From a virus (Duplodnaviria; Caudoviricetes), in the IMG/VR virus record IMGVR_UViG_2695420965_000002, positions 444 to 64,443 of that record: DNA of 64,000 nucleotides. The stretch is one strand, 5' to 3'. Position 1 is the stretch's first letter; every line of letters begins with the position of its first letter. The translations under genes and the position numbers were made by a program. The notes beneath the pieces are model-generated. The model made no database searches and had not been told where the DNA came from. It worked only from the letters and a program-made list of their open reading frames with translations. This document shows positions 34,936 through 45,551 of this stretch, piece after piece.

Positions 34936-36129
34936 TCAGAAAGGGATGTCTTCCTCATCGATGGTCTCGACCGGGGCCGAGGCGCTGGCCGGAGCGGCGA
35001 GATGCTGATCGACAAGCTTGATCATGTTCGTGAGCCACGTCACGTCGGTCAGCTTGGACAAGCTCTCGGGGATCTCGCCCGTGTGGCCATCCGCGTTCGC
35101 GGCCGTGGACGCAATCGCCTCAAAGACCTTTTTGAGCCCCACGTTGTCGGCGGGCTGCCCGGTCTGTTTGAGGTAGAGCTGCTGCATCTTGGTCAGCAGG
35201 CCCTTCCGCATGTCGGCGAGATTGACGCCGGATGCCGCTGGGGCAACAGCGGGTTTCGCTGGCTCCGTATTGGCGAGAAGCTGATCGAACTGGCCCTTGT
35301 AGGTCGGGAGCGTAGTGATGAATCGGATCGCGCCCATCGCGATCTCTGTCACCTGCTGCTCGCTCCAGGTGGCCATCTGCGAACCCCATCCGCGTTCTTC
35401 GCCCTCGCGGATCATGCCGCTGGTGACGCTGGTCTCGAAGGTTTTTTCCATCTCCTTCGACCACGCAAAAACCGACTTGCCGGGACGCGGGATCCTGAAG
35501 TTGTCGAACTGCCGTTGCGGAGGCGTCTGCGTCTGCGGAGGTGCGGCTGCCGAAGTGCGGCCATGCTCAGACATCGTTTCGTGTGCCCGGCCGTGAGCGT
35601 CAGAATCGGCGTTGCGGGCTTTGTCTGCGGCTAGAGCGGCGGCTGCGGCGCTAGGAGCGACGAGCGGCTGGAGAGATTTGGCTTTGGGATCGAGGAAGCT
35701 TGGGATTCCCTTGCCGTATAAGTAGCGGCCGATGCCCCAGGCGTCTTGGGCGGCGCGACGCAAGGCGTTGGTGTAGCCGGACTTTTCGTCGTTGTCGACG
35801 TCGTACTCGAACTCGCCGGTCTGCTTGTTCGTGGAACCCATCTCCTCAAAACCGGCGCCATCTTCCTTGTGCATGAAGACCGAGGTTCCCGGTGTCGCCA
35901 TTGGCACCGAGATGTAGAGACGGCACTTGTAGCCGCGAGCCGTCGCTTCGTACTCGGGATACCAACCGTGAGGGCCGACCACGGAGTCGAGTCGATTCGT
36001 GATCGCACGCTTGTCGACGTAGGTAAGCTTCTTGCCGCCACGACTGGTGAAGCTGAGCTGGCTTTCGTCAAATGGAGCGAGCAGTTCCCGCCAGAAAGCA
36101 AGCTGATGTGGTGCTAGTTCGACTGGCAT
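34936..36129 (-). CDS. Rad52/Rad22-family ssDNA annealing protein
   Basis: LLAPF...LTYVDKRAITNRLDSVVGPHGW...KSGYTNALRRAA..WGIGRYLY; SSB-like EEDIPF tail. Confidence 0.85.
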   Translation of the reverse strand: MPVELAPHQLAFWRELLAPFDESQLSFTSRGGKKLTYVDKRAITNRLDSVVGPHGWYPEYEATARGYKCRLYISVPMATPGTSVFMHKEDGAGFEEMGSTNKQTGEFEYDVDNDEKSGYTNALRRAAQDAWGIGRYLYGKGIPSFLDPKAKSLQPLVAPSAAAAALAADKARNADSDAHGRAHETMSEHGRTSAAAPPQTQTPPQRQFDNFRIPRPGKSVFAWSKEMEKTFETSVTSGMIREGEERGWGSQMATWSEQQVTEIAMGAIRFITTLPTYKGQFDQLLANTEPAKPAVAPAASGVNLADMRKGLLTKMQQLYLKQTGQPADNVGLKKVFEAIASTAANADGHTGEIPESLSKLTDVTWLTNMIKLVDQHLAAPASASAPVETIDEEDIPF

Positions 36130-36292
36130 TCGTGTTCGCCTTAAGGTTGAAATAAGTTGGGCATGTTCACTCTCAGAGTTACCCAACCTTTCTCTCGTCG
36201 CACATCTATGGGTAATCGAGTTGAAGCGGAAAAAGCGGCCCATGAGTTTTGGGAAATTCGTGAAACGTTGCGCCAACGCAACGCGACGGGCC

Positions 36293-36311
36293 ATTTGTCA
36301 GTCTGACAAAT
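36293..36311. promoter_or_regulatory. 19-bp palindromic site, copy 6 (perfect)
   Basis: in the divergent region between the replication and packaging operons, next to an AT-rich promoter-like tract. Confidence 0.75.
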
Positions 36312-36978
36312 AGGAATTTTCCGAATTTAAGAGAAAGTGCATTGCGATAAATTAAAGCTTTTGTATATCTATAACAGTGTAAGCCGCGTCCCGCATAAGG
36401 TGGGGGGACACGGCTCCTGGTGTCCGAGAGCCTTAACCGGCAGCGCCCACCCAAGCCCCTCTAAAACGCAACGGTCTCCGGTGCAGAGCGGCTCGCAAAT
36501 CAACCGGCCTCGGTGGCAACGTGCTTCGGCCAACGCCACACGGTCCCCGTATAAATCAGTAGTGGCTGATGCGACGGGAAGGGGACTATATAGGGGGGGA
36601 TGGGACCACTACGCCATCACCTTCCGAACTGCCCGACCGGATGGGAGGGAGCGAAGCGGACCCGAGCGAAGCGATGGTGTGTGAGACGGGAAACCGGAAA
36701 AGACCGGACGATTTAAGACATGACCGGACGAGAAAGGACGTATCATGATGCGAAGCAAAGAGTTGCGTCAATTGATTCGCGAACAGAAGCAAGAAATCGA
36801 CCGCGGTCAGACGCAATCTAACCAATGGACAGCAAAGGGATTCCGGATCAAGCAGGAGAGAATCGCTCGGGAACGCGAGCATCATCGCGACATGAACTCG
36901 CGACATGACGCATCCCAACCCTGACACGTCCGCCGGTATGCGAATTGTCTTGGCTATGATCATAGCAGGAGGTGAGTC

Positions 36979-37368
36979 ATGGCCAAGAAACCTACGTCCA
37001 AACAGAGAGCTGAGATGCCGAAGGGTCTTGCGAGGGCGCTCGGGGAGCGTAAAGCCTCGGCGGACTCGGAAGCTCTGTTGACGGATCTCATTGAGGTTTG
37101 GGGTGGAACCCGACAGCTTGCCCTGGACTTGCACAACGAGTTCCAGAAGGCGCAGGTCGGCGGCATGACTCGCCAGCGTATCCTCGAAATGATCCAGCGG
37201 CTCGTGTTAACCAACACGACGCACGAGATCGGCAAGAACATTAAGCCTTCCGACATGGACGATGCCGAACTCGATTCGCTGGCTATGACATACGTCGACC
37301 GACTCTCGGCCGGCAGCAATGGCCAACTATCGGGAGGCAGCAATGGCACCGCTCCCCCCGCCGCCTGA
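36979..37368 (+). CDS. probable terminase small subunit
   Basis: position directly upstream of TerL, strong RBS AGGAGGTG, C-terminal SDMDDAELD. Confidence 0.55.
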   Translation: MAKKPTSKQRAEMPKGLARALGERKASADSEALLTDLIEVWGGTRQLALDLHNEFQKAQVGGMTRQRILEMIQRLVLTNTTHEIGKNIKPSDMDDAELDSLAMTYVDRLSAGSNGQLSGGSNGTAPPAA

Positions 37369-39202
37369 CAGCCCAAAGCGAGGAAGGGGCCGCAGGACAA
37401 CGGTCGGCTCCGTGCCGCCACTTCCATCGCCGTTGACCCCTGAAGACATCCTCCGTCTCACGGACCCAGAAGCCTACGAGCGTACTCTCCCGCCGATCGC
37501 TGAGGCACCCAAGGCTGAGATCGATCCGACTCGGCTTAGCGTCCTGGAGAACGAAGAATTCAAGGGCGTCCTCTATGAGATCGCGGCACGCTCCAGAGAG
37601 GCGCTCAAGCTGTTCAATCCGCTCCCTGAGCAGGAACGGTTCTTCGCGTCGGACTGCGACGAGCGGCTGGCGATCGGCGGCAACCGTGGCGGTAAAACGA
37701 CAACGACGATGGTCGAGATCGCCAGGGCTGTGACCGGGCAAGACCCTTATGATAAGTATCCGAAGCGAGACGGCGTTTTCATATTAGTGGCAATCGATCT
37801 GTCGAAATGCGCTAAAGTCTTTTACCGGAAGCTTTTCCTTCCAGGTGCGTTCAAGGTTATCAAGGATCTTGCAACCGGGAAGTGGCGAACGTTCAACCCC
37901 GAGACCGACTCGGATCGGATCGAGGATGCGCGGAAGGCTCCCCCTCTGATTCCTCCCAGGTTCGTGGAGGCAACCAGTTGGGAGAACAAAAAAGACCTTA
38001 TTCCTAAGACGGTCAGGCTCAAGAATGGCTGGGAGCTTTGGTTTTACTCGTCCGGTTCTGAGTGGCCGCAGGGTGTCGATGTCGACGGCGTTGCGTTCGA
38101 CGAGGAGTTGGAGCGGGATGGCTGGTACGCCGAAATGTCCGCCCGTCTCGCAGACCGCCGCGAAAAGAACTCGACCACTGGCAAGGTGAAATCGGGCAAA
38201 TTCATTTGGTCAGCTACCCCGCAATCAGGCACCGCTCAACTCTTTGAGCTTTACTCTCGCGCGATTGAGGAGCGGGAGGGGCGTGAAGCGTCACTGGAGC
38301 GGGGCGAGACACCGGAACCTCTCACAATCGACGTGTTTCTGTTCGGGATTGACACTAACCCGTTTATCGCCGAGCACGCGAAGGATGCCCTAAAGAAGAA
38401 GTACGCAAACAACGAGGCTGAATACAAGGTGCGTATCGAGGGTGATTTCGCCTTGTACGGAACCCGCGTCTATGGCGACTTCACTCCAAAGGGCGTCCAC
38501 GGAATCGACTCGTTCCCGGTCCCCGAAGATTGGACGAGCTATGCGATCGTCGACCCTGGACGCCAGGTCTGTGCCGTGCTGTTCTTCGCAATCCCGCCGC
38601 GAAACTCCCAATTCGCCGGGCAAAAAATCGTTTATGACATGCTGTATATCCAGAAGTGCAATGCAAAAATTTTCGCCAAGGAGTTCGTGAAACGCGTCAA
38701 CGGCAGGCCAATCGAAATCGGGATCATCGACCATCGCGGCGGACGGATCACAGACATCGGCTCGGGCGAATCCGCCGAGAATCAGTACACTAAAGCTTTA
38801 AAGGAAGAGGGCTTCAAGTTCGAGCGCGGTGGCACATCGTTCCAGTGGGCCTCAGATGATGTTAAAGGCGGGATTCAGGCCGTCCAGAACGCGCTCCACA
38901 TTATCGATGGCAAGTCTGAACTGCTGGTCTTCCGCGACAAGTGCCACAAGCTTCTCTGGGAGATGGAGCGGTACTCCTACAAGAAGCTCCCGAGCGGCGT
39001 CGTCACTGACGAGCCGATCAAGCTGAACGACCACGCCTGCGACTGCCTGAGATACGCCTTCATGGCGAACCTCAAGTACGTCAAACCCCGGCAACGTAAA
39101 GCGACCAAGGGGTACACGACACTCTACTTGGAGCAAAAAAAGCTCAGGGCGAAACACCGGGACCAAAAGCTCTACGGCGGCGGCTCCTACAAAGTTGGGT
39201 AG
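37343..39202 (+). CDS. terminase large subunit
   Basis: Walker A GGNRGGKT, Walker B AFDEE, SATP, nuclease motifs VDPG and DHACDCLRY. Confidence 0.9.
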   Translation: MAPLPPPPDSPKRGRGRRTTVGSVPPLPSPLTPEDILRLTDPEAYERTLPPIAEAPKAEIDPTRLSVLENEEFKGVLYEIAARSREALKLFNPLPEQERFFASDCDERLAIGGNRGGKTTTTMVEIARAVTGQDPYDKYPKRDGVFILVAIDLSKCAKVFYRKLFLPGAFKVIKDLATGKWRTFNPETDSDRIEDARKAPPLIPPRFVEATSWENKKDLIPKTVRLKNGWELWFYSSGSEWPQGVDVDGVAFDEELERDGWYAEMSARLADRREKNSTTGKVKSGKFIWSATPQSGTAQLFELYSRAIEEREGREASLERGETPEPLTIDVFLFGIDTNPFIAEHAKDALKKKYANNEAEYKVRIEGDFALYGTRVYGDFTPKGVHGIDSFPVPEDWTSYAIVDPGRQVCAVLFFAIPPRNSQFAGQKIVYDMLYIQKCNAKIFAKEFVKRVNGRPIEIGIIDHRGGRITDIGSGESAENQYTKALKEEGFKFERGGTSFQWASDDVKGGIQAVQNALHIIDGKSELLVFRDKCHKLLWEMERYSYKKLPSGVVTDEPIKLNDHACDCLRYAFMANLKYVKPRQRKATKGYTTLYLEQKKLRAKHRDQKLYGGGSYKVG

Positions 39203-39253
39203 ATATACGAGACGCCTAACGTCTCTATATCCTAGCCCAGCGGAGTCTCAGCC

Positions 39254-39541
39254 GTGGAACCCAAGCAAATTGACCGCGTGCTTCTCGTGGTTTTCGGCCT
39301 ACTGGCCTTAGTTGCGGTTTTGGCTCTGTATCCGAAGCAGACACATCCTCCGGTCCAGCCGCCCGCTCCCCCGTTCACGCCGGCCCCCTCCCCTGCCTCG
39401 TCGTGCCCCGGAAACTCGTGCCCGCGTCGCGTCCCGGCTCGACCGTTCACGGTGGCTTGTCCCTATTGTCGCGGCGTGATCTCGGTCACGCCGCCCACGG
39501 ACAGCCTTGGCGCGGTGGTGGCAGAGAAGTCGAAGTCCTGA
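39254..39541 (+). CDS. membrane-anchored Pro/Cys-rich protein
   Basis: N-terminal TM, CPGNSCP, CPYC. Confidence 0.6.
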   Translation: MEPKQIDRVLLVVFGLLALVAVLALYPKQTHPPVQPPAPPFTPAPSPASSCPGNSCPRRVPARPFTVACPYCRGVISVTPPTDSLGAVVAEKSKS

Positions 39542-39673
39542 CCTCGCTTTTCCATAAAAAGGCTTACAGGCGGGTGCCGTGAAAATCGGCTAATAACTTG
39601 AAATTGACCCGGCCTGAACAGGGCGTGGCTACGCCAAGCTTTGCCTTCTGTCTGAATCCAAAGGACCATTCAC

Positions 39674-40066
39674 ATGCCTTCCGAGAAGACTGCCAAGCCG
39701 GCACCTGGAGTCGCAGCCGAGCCTCCGAAGTACGTCTCGCCCCGGCCTCCCGCCGTCGTGTTGTGGCGGAACGCACCCGGTGGCGATGCGTATCCGGCCA
39801 TCGTCACCCAGGTTGGGCGACACGCAATCAGCGTGATGCTCTTCCCGCCCGAGTCGCGTGTCGGCGTCCCTAAAGACGGCGTCCGTCACGTTGGCGACCC
39901 CTGGAATAAACAGCACGGCATCAACGCTGATTCCGGAGTCTGGGATTACACCGACGAAACCAAGCTGATCCGCGCGCTCGCCGCGAGCAAGATCCCTGGA
40001 CTGGACGGCAACGTTCAGCCGCTTGCCCAGGAAGCTTCCGTGATCCTCGCCTCTTACCTCCGCTGA
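39674..40066 (+). CDS. hypothetical phage protein
   Basis: YPAIVTQV motif, between TerL and portal. Confidence 0.65.
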   Translation: MPSEKTAKPAPGVAAEPPKYVSPRPPAVVLWRNAPGGDAYPAIVTQVGRHAISVMLFPPESRVGVPKDGVRHVGDPWNKQHGINADSGVWDYTDETKLIRALAASKIPGLDGNVQPLAQEASVILASYLR

Positions 40067-40081
40067 TCGAGGGCACCTCCG

Positions 40082-42010
40082 ATGGATGGCCGTTACCAAG
40101 AGGACGAGATCGACCCCGTCCTGCGAACGATCGTGAACCACTGGATGACGAAAATCATCCACGCCAGGGATCACAAGCGCAAGGTGTTCCAGGACGCGGC
40201 CAACGAGTGTATGTCTTTTTTTAACGGCCCTCGATCGTGGGAGGACGTGATGGGGGGTGTGTCGGGGCTGAATCGCCGCGACGACATGATCGACACAACC
40301 TTTCAAGTCTCCGTGAACAAGACTTTCGAGTTCGTCACAATCTTCGGCCCCGCCCTCTACTACGAGAACCCTGTCAGGACCGTCAAGCCGCGCATGCCGG
40401 TTATCGTACCGCCGCAGTTCTTTGGCGGGAATGTGTTGCTCTACCAGTCAATCTTGCAGGAGGAGAACCTTCGCGTCCAAACCGAGGGGCTCACCTCCGT
40501 CTTGATCGAGTCCTACCTCAACTGGACTCCGGCCGAGTTTCAGCTTGAACAAGAGTCGCGACAAGCTATCGACGAGGCTCTGATTAAGGGGCGAGGCTGT
40601 CTCTGGACCGAGCTTTACTCGCCGCCAGGCACCGACATGAAGGTGCCGAAGTCCAGCTTCGATAGCGTCGATCACCTGTTTTGCGACCCCGATGCCCAAG
40701 GATTCAAGGATGCGACGTGGATCGCTCGCAAGTGTATCCACCCGGTCTGGCAGGTTGAGCGAGACTGCGGACTTCGTCCCGGCTCAATCAAAGGCAACAT
40801 GGAGAGCCAAGCCAAACAGGCGGACATCGCGACTGACGAAGACCAGGAGTACGACCGCAAACGCGGGTTCACAAACGACCTTCTCGTCTACTACAAAATC
40901 TACTCCAAGATGGGCATCGGCGGACGACTTCAAGGTCTTACGAAGTCTCTCCGTGAGCCCCTGGAGATGTTCGGCGATTACGTCTATCTGGTGGTCGCCG
41001 ATGGTATCCCGTATCCGCTTAACCTCAGCCCTGATTCTACCAACGATCCAGCGTTCGCCTCGGACCCCAACGCCGTCTTCGCTAAGGTCGCCTGGCCTAC
41101 CCCGTTCTGGGGGGCCGACGAGTGGCCAGTCACCGAGCTGGACTTCCACAAGATTCCCAACAGCACTTGGCCGATGCCGCATCTCAAGGCCGGCATGGGT
41201 GAACTTAAGTTCCTCAACTGGTGCATGTCGTTCTTAATGGGCAAGGTCCGTAACACGACGCGTGATTTCATCGCGATCATGAAGTCGGCCGGCGAGGAGA
41301 TCAAGACGAACATTCTCGAAGGCAAGGATCTTACGTTCCTGGAGCTTGATTCGGGCCACGGATCAATCGCCGAACTCGTTCAGTTCCTCCAGCATCCCGA
41401 GGTCAACGGCGATATCTGGAAGATGATCGAGGCTGTCGAGTCGAACTTCGACAAGAGGGTCGGCCTCACCGAACTTATGTACGGCCAACAGGGTGCTACG
41501 CAGATCCGTAGTGCCCAAGAAGCCCAGCTTCGCAACGCCAACATGAATGTGCGCCCTGATGACATGCGTAAGTGTGTCGTCGCGTGGATGGCTCGGGTGG
41601 CTCTCAAGGAGGCGATGTGCGCCCGCTACCACCTGATCCCCCAGGACGTCCAGCCGGTTCTCGGCGGCATGGCGGCATGGGCTTGGGGCCAGTTCGTGTC
41701 GACCCGCGACATCAACAAGGCATCACGCCAGCTTGAATATCGCATCGAGGCCGGCAGCACGCAACGGCCGAACAAGGAGCTTGAAATCCAGACGATGAAC
41801 ACCGCGTTCACCAGTCTGGCTCCGCTTCTCCAGACATACAGCCAGCAAACGATGGACATGTCCCCGCTCAACAACCTCTTGAGCGATTTCGCCAAGAGCC
41901 TCGACCTCGATCCCGCTCGTTACCAACTCTCCCAGCCGTTGCCGCCGCCGGCTCCTCACGCGGCTCCCGGCGAAGAGGGTGGGTCTGGCGATCAACAACA
42001 GGCCGTGTGA
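40082..42010 (+). CDS. portal protein
   Basis: 642 aa after TerL; DEALIKGRGCLW, FDKRVGLTELMYG..RSAQEA, YRIEAGS (P22/T7-like portal pattern). Confidence 0.8.
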   Translation: MDGRYQEDEIDPVLRTIVNHWMTKIIHARDHKRKVFQDAANECMSFFNGPRSWEDVMGGVSGLNRRDDMIDTTFQVSVNKTFEFVTIFGPALYYENPVRTVKPRMPVIVPPQFFGGNVLLYQSILQEENLRVQTEGLTSVLIESYLNWTPAEFQLEQESRQAIDEALIKGRGCLWTELYSPPGTDMKVPKSSFDSVDHLFCDPDAQGFKDATWIARKCIHPVWQVERDCGLRPGSIKGNMESQAKQADIATDEDQEYDRKRGFTNDLLVYYKIYSKMGIGGRLQGLTKSLREPLEMFGDYVYLVVADGIPYPLNLSPDSTNDPAFASDPNAVFAKVAWPTPFWGADEWPVTELDFHKIPNSTWPMPHLKAGMGELKFLNWCMSFLMGKVRNTTRDFIAIMKSAGEEIKTNILEGKDLTFLELDSGHGSIAELVQFLQHPEVNGDIWKMIEAVESNFDKRVGLTELMYGQQGATQIRSAQEAQLRNANMNVRPDDMRKCVVAWMARVALKEAMCARYHLIPQDVQPVLGGMAAWAWGQFVSTRDINKASRQLEYRIEAGSTQRPNKELEIQTMNTAFTSLAPLLQTYSQQTMDMSPLNNLLSDFAKSLDLDPARYQLSQPLPPPAPHAAPGEEGGSGDQQQAV

Positions 42011-42016
42011 TTTCCA

Positions 42017-42035
42017 ATTTGTCAGTCTGAACAAT
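42017..42035. promoter_or_regulatory. 19-bp palindromic site, copy 7 (ATTTGTCAGTCTGAACAAT)
   Basis: in the gap directly after the portal gene. Confidence 0.7.
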
Positions 42036-42051
42036 CCATAGGACACCACTG

Positions 42052-42849
42052 ATGACTCCGCAAATCGCCGTGATCCTGCCCGATGGACGCCTTGATCGAG
42101 ACGGTGCCCGCTTCGTCAACGACGACGTGCCGCTTGAGCTAATCGAATTCCCGGTCATCACGGAAAACGCTCGCGGCCAAAGCCACTACGCAGGCGCTCG
42201 GCTTGCAGGAAAGACGCACGACGAGGCGTTCTCACACGCCGCATATAAAGTCGCGAGCTTCCCGATCAAACCGTTCCAAGACTGGGAAAGGATCGTATTC
42301 GTCTCTTTAGATTCCCACAGGAACAAGATCAGCGACAACTTCGACCAGCAGGTAGCCTACTGGCGAATGCGGAAGGCTGGCGAGTCGCACAACATGGCCG
42401 AGATGCTCGCGCTCCGCTCGTTCCCAGGGATAAAGACCGATGCCATCTTCAACGAGGGCAAGTTCAGCGGGCAATCCACCGGCGAATGCGATCCACGCGG
42501 GGCCTGGCTACGACAGCAGGCTGAGGCAGCCGGAGTCTCCACCTCCGGCAAATGGTACTGCTCCGGGTTGGCCTCTTTCCCTGGCGACCCGACCGCGTGG
42601 GTGGGCGACCGGGGCGACGTTCTCCGGATCGCACGCGAAAAGAACCTGACCGTTGATGGGTATGTTACCCATAAAGCACACGAGGTAGACCCCGGCAGTG
42701 ACATGCCGATCGCCGACGACATCATCGCGGACGAGGTCAATGACATCCTCGAATCGAACCCGTTCGCCGATGCAGAAGCGGTTCGCGACGAGGTATACAA
42801 GCTCCGAACCGGGGCCGTTGACGACCATCCTCTTCTTGTTCAGGACTGA
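42052..42849 (+). CDS. hypothetical phage protein
   Basis: ORF in the structural operon. Confidence 0.7.
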   Translation: MTPQIAVILPDGRLDRDGARFVNDDVPLELIEFPVITENARGQSHYAGARLAGKTHDEAFSHAAYKVASFPIKPFQDWERIVFVSLDSHRNKISDNFDQQVAYWRMRKAGESHNMAEMLALRSFPGIKTDAIFNEGKFSGQSTGECDPRGAWLRQQAEAAGVSTSGKWYCSGLASFPGDPTAWVGDRGDVLRIAREKNLTVDGYVTHKAHEVDPGSDMPIADDIIADEVNDILESNPFADAEAVRDEVYKLRTGAVDDHPLLVQD

Positions 42850-42986
42850 ACCATGCTTGGCCCATACGTGCAGACGGCTCTCTGGCAGGCGTTGACTGCC
42901 GCATGGGCCATCTACTTTCTAACAATGCTCTCGCCGCTGGTCCTAGGGACCATTGAGCAACTCCTCGGAATGCACCGGAGCCGTCG

Positions 42987-44171
42987 ATGACCATCTCTTA
43001 CACAACGTTTCAAGACATCATTGACCACGGCATCGACTACCTCGGTGGCAACCCGAGTGATCAGGTTAAGCGGGACTGCATCCGTGCGGCCCTGGAGCAG
43101 TACCGCGATTTGGTAAACGTGCACAACTGGACCTACCTGTACACGCAGGGCCGGATCGTGACCTCTGCTGCGTTCACTGGCGACACGGACGAAGCAACCA
43201 TCACGTACACGCATTCCGGCGGGACTTACGACCGGATGGTAACGCTCTCTGGGGCTATCTGGCCCGATTGGGCGTCGAACGGATTCCTTCGGATCGGCGA
43301 GGCCGCATACCGCGTCGAAGAGCGGAAGAGTGCGACCGTGGTTACGCTCACTGACACTCTGAATCCAGGCGACGATCTCCCGGCTGGCACGCGGTTCATG
43401 ATCTACCGGGACACGTACCTGCTGCCCGACGACTACGTCGCTCAAGACCAGGCGCTTTATGAGCGGAACTTCGCGAGCATGTGCTATCGGCACCCGCGAG
43501 AGTGGCTGTTCGACACCCGCTACGTGATCTCACAGGGGGAACCGAGCTTCTTCACGATCACCGGAGATCGAGCCTATCCTGGTCGTCTGGTCATGCGGGT
43601 CTTCCCTTGGCCTTCCGAGGCGAAGTCGATTGATTTCATATACAAGCGTCGTCCTCGGCCCCTGCTGACGATGCGGGAGGCGACAGGCAAGATTACCGTC
43701 ACCCAAGGCAGAAACGTCGTGACGGGGATAGGGACGGTGTTCTCGCCCAAGCACGTGGGATCAGTCATCAGAATCTCGGCGACCGCCAAGCCGCCGCTCT
43801 CGCTGATCATGGCCGGACCTGCCGATCCGCAATCTGCCTTCGAGTCGATCGTCGCATCGTATGTGTCTCCGACTTCGGTCGCGCTTCAAGATCCGCTCGA
43901 CGCGAGCTATACGGCGGTGGGGTATGTGATCAGCGATTCGATCGACGTCGAGCCGGGTGCGATGCTAAACGCCTACCACCGGGGCGTCGAGATGCACCTT
44001 GGCATGAATCGAACTCTTAAGGACAAGCCATCGGCGGCGAAGCAGTATCTCGTCGCCCTCAACGAAGCGAAAGCCGCCGACAGCCGCTCCTTCATGGGTC
44101 GGTCGGTAGGCGACACGGGGACGATTCGTCGTCGCCTCCGTGACATGCCAATAGGTCCAGATGAACCATGA
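42987..44171 (+). CDS. probable head-tail adaptor (tail tubular protein A-like) with inserted beta domains
   Basis: N-terminal helical HNWTYL, YLLPDDY, VFPWP motifs; position. Confidence 0.55.
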   Translation: MTISYTTFQDIIDHGIDYLGGNPSDQVKRDCIRAALEQYRDLVNVHNWTYLYTQGRIVTSAAFTGDTDEATITYTHSGGTYDRMVTLSGAIWPDWASNGFLRIGEAAYRVEERKSATVVTLTDTLNPGDDLPAGTRFMIYRDTYLLPDDYVAQDQALYERNFASMCYRHPREWLFDTRYVISQGEPSFFTITGDRAYPGRLVMRVFPWPSEAKSIDFIYKRRPRPLLTMREATGKITVTQGRNVVTGIGTVFSPKHVGSVIRISATAKPPLSLIMAGPADPQSAFESIVASYVSPTSVALQDPLDASYTAVGYVISDSIDVEPGAMLNAYHRGVEMHLGMNRTLKDKPSAAKQYLVALNEAKAADSRSFMGRSVGDTGTIRRRLRDMPIGPDEP

Positions 44172-44407
44172 GGTGTACCGTGCCTAAGTTTCCACAAGGA
44201 TCTATCGAGGAACTCGAAAACCGATTCCTTCACCACGCTCCGAAGAAAGATCAGGCGCAACGGTACGAACGGAATCGCGCCCACGCTCTTACCTTGGCAG
44301 CGAGGCTCGTCGACCATTGTCCGCCATCCCGAGAGCTTTCTCTCGCCCTGACGAAGCTCGAAGAGGTCGTGTTTTGGGCGAACGCCGCAATCGCGAGGAA
44401 CGAATGA
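44168..44407 (+). CDS. Acb2/Tad1-like helical hairpin (putative anti-defence nucleotide sponge)
   Basis: RF.HH.P...Q..RYE..R......A......CP.SRE.SLALTKLEE..FWANAAIAR consensus. Confidence 0.65.
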   Translation: MRCTVPKFPQGSIEELENRFLHHAPKKDQAQRYERNRAHALTLAARLVDHCPPSRELSLALTKLEEVVFWANAAIARNE

Positions 44408-44685
44408 GAGTCCCAAAGATCGACTGGAAGCGTTGGAGGTGTGACCTGTTTGGTTGCACCTCCAACGAACACGGTTACTGCGAGAGATGCGGGGTAGATA
44501 TCTACGAGGGATTCTTCGATCGCGGCCAGCTCGACTGGTTTTTTGCGTGGCCCTGGAAGATCCGACACCTATTGACAGTCATCCCGAAGTGCGCCCATTG
44601 CGGCAAGCGATACAGGTCGTGGCGAAAGGGCGCAGATTCCTGGGTCTGCTCGCAAAAATGCGGCGACGAGTGGATTCCCTTCTGA
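44404..44685 (+). CDS. Cys-rich zinc-finger protein
   Basis: CERC, CAHC, CSQKC. Confidence 0.55.
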   Translation: MRVPKIDWKRWRCDLFGCTSNEHGYCERCGVDIYEGFFDRGQLDWFFAWPWKIRHLLTVIPKCAHCGKRYRSWRKGADSWVCSQKCGDEWIPF

Positions 44686-44693
44686 GGTGATTT

Positions 44694-44951
44694 ATGTGGA
44701 TTTCCGTGAAAGACAGGCTTCCGATTGACCCTCCCAGAAAGGTTGATGTCTGGCGCAAAGGAATCGGTCGCTACACAGATTGTATCTGTAATCCCAAATC
44801 GCACGCCTGTCATCCGAACGGCGTTCCGCTGGCGACATGGAGCTACATGTACGCGGACGTGCATCTCGGAGGCCCTTCCGTGACGCACTGGATGGAGATG
44901 CCCGAACCTCCCGAGGAAACCAGCGATGGCACGGCAATCGGACCCTCATAG
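44694..44951 (+). CDS. DUF551-like protein
   Basis: WISVKDRLP...VTHWMEMPEPP. Confidence 0.75.
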   Translation: MWISVKDRLPIDPPRKVDVWRKGIGRYTDCICNPKSHACHPNGVPLATWSYMYADVHLGGPSVTHWMEMPEPPEETSDGTAIGPS

Positions 44952-45120
44952 TCAGTCGGGCCGGGTCGTCATCAAGGACTTCCCTGGCTACTCGCCAAAC
45001 CTTGACCCCCACGACATTCCGCCGGGTGTCGCGGTCACTCAGATCAACGCAATGAGTCAAAGGCCCGGCGAACTGCGGGTCCGGCTCGGCTACGCGGTTG
45101 TCCACTTCGACACCAACTGA
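44926..45120 (+). CDS. small virion protein resembling the N-terminus of tail nozzle/stabilisation proteins
   Basis: IKDFPG....DPHDIPPG.A..QIN......GEL..RLG. Confidence 0.5.
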   Translation: MARQSDPHSQSGRVVIKDFPGYSPNLDPHDIPPGVAVTQINAMSQRPGELRVRLGYAVVHFDTN

Positions 45121-45132
45121 GAGGCGGTCCAC

Positions 45133-45541
45133 GATGAACCTCGGTCGATATCAGCAAGGTCAGACAGTGACGATCGGCCTGGCCGTCGTGGACGCCAACG
45201 GCGACCCCGCTTCCCCGATCACAGCACCGACCGCTGTGATCACCGATGCGGACGACAGTGTAGTGGCTTCCCTCAAGCTTGCCATGAACGGCAATTCCAC
45301 TGCTTTCGCGTTGGGTGTGTTCCTTGGGATCAACTATTCCTTGGGTACATATACCGTGACGTACTCGTATCAGTCGGGAGCGTTTTCTGGGAGCGCAAGC
45401 GACACCTTCACGGTTATCCCTGGTGGAGATCCGGGAGGCAGAGTCATCAGCTTGTACGCCTACGATCGGCCCGAAGCTCGATACGTGGTGGCCCAACTGA
45501 CAAGCGGATTGATTTTGCAGGGGAGGAATCCCCGGCTGTGA
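45133..45541 (+). CDS. virion structural protein (Ig-like beta domain)
   Basis: beta-rich, GTYTVTYSY. Confidence 0.6.
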
Positions 45542-45551
45542 GGGTAATCCA

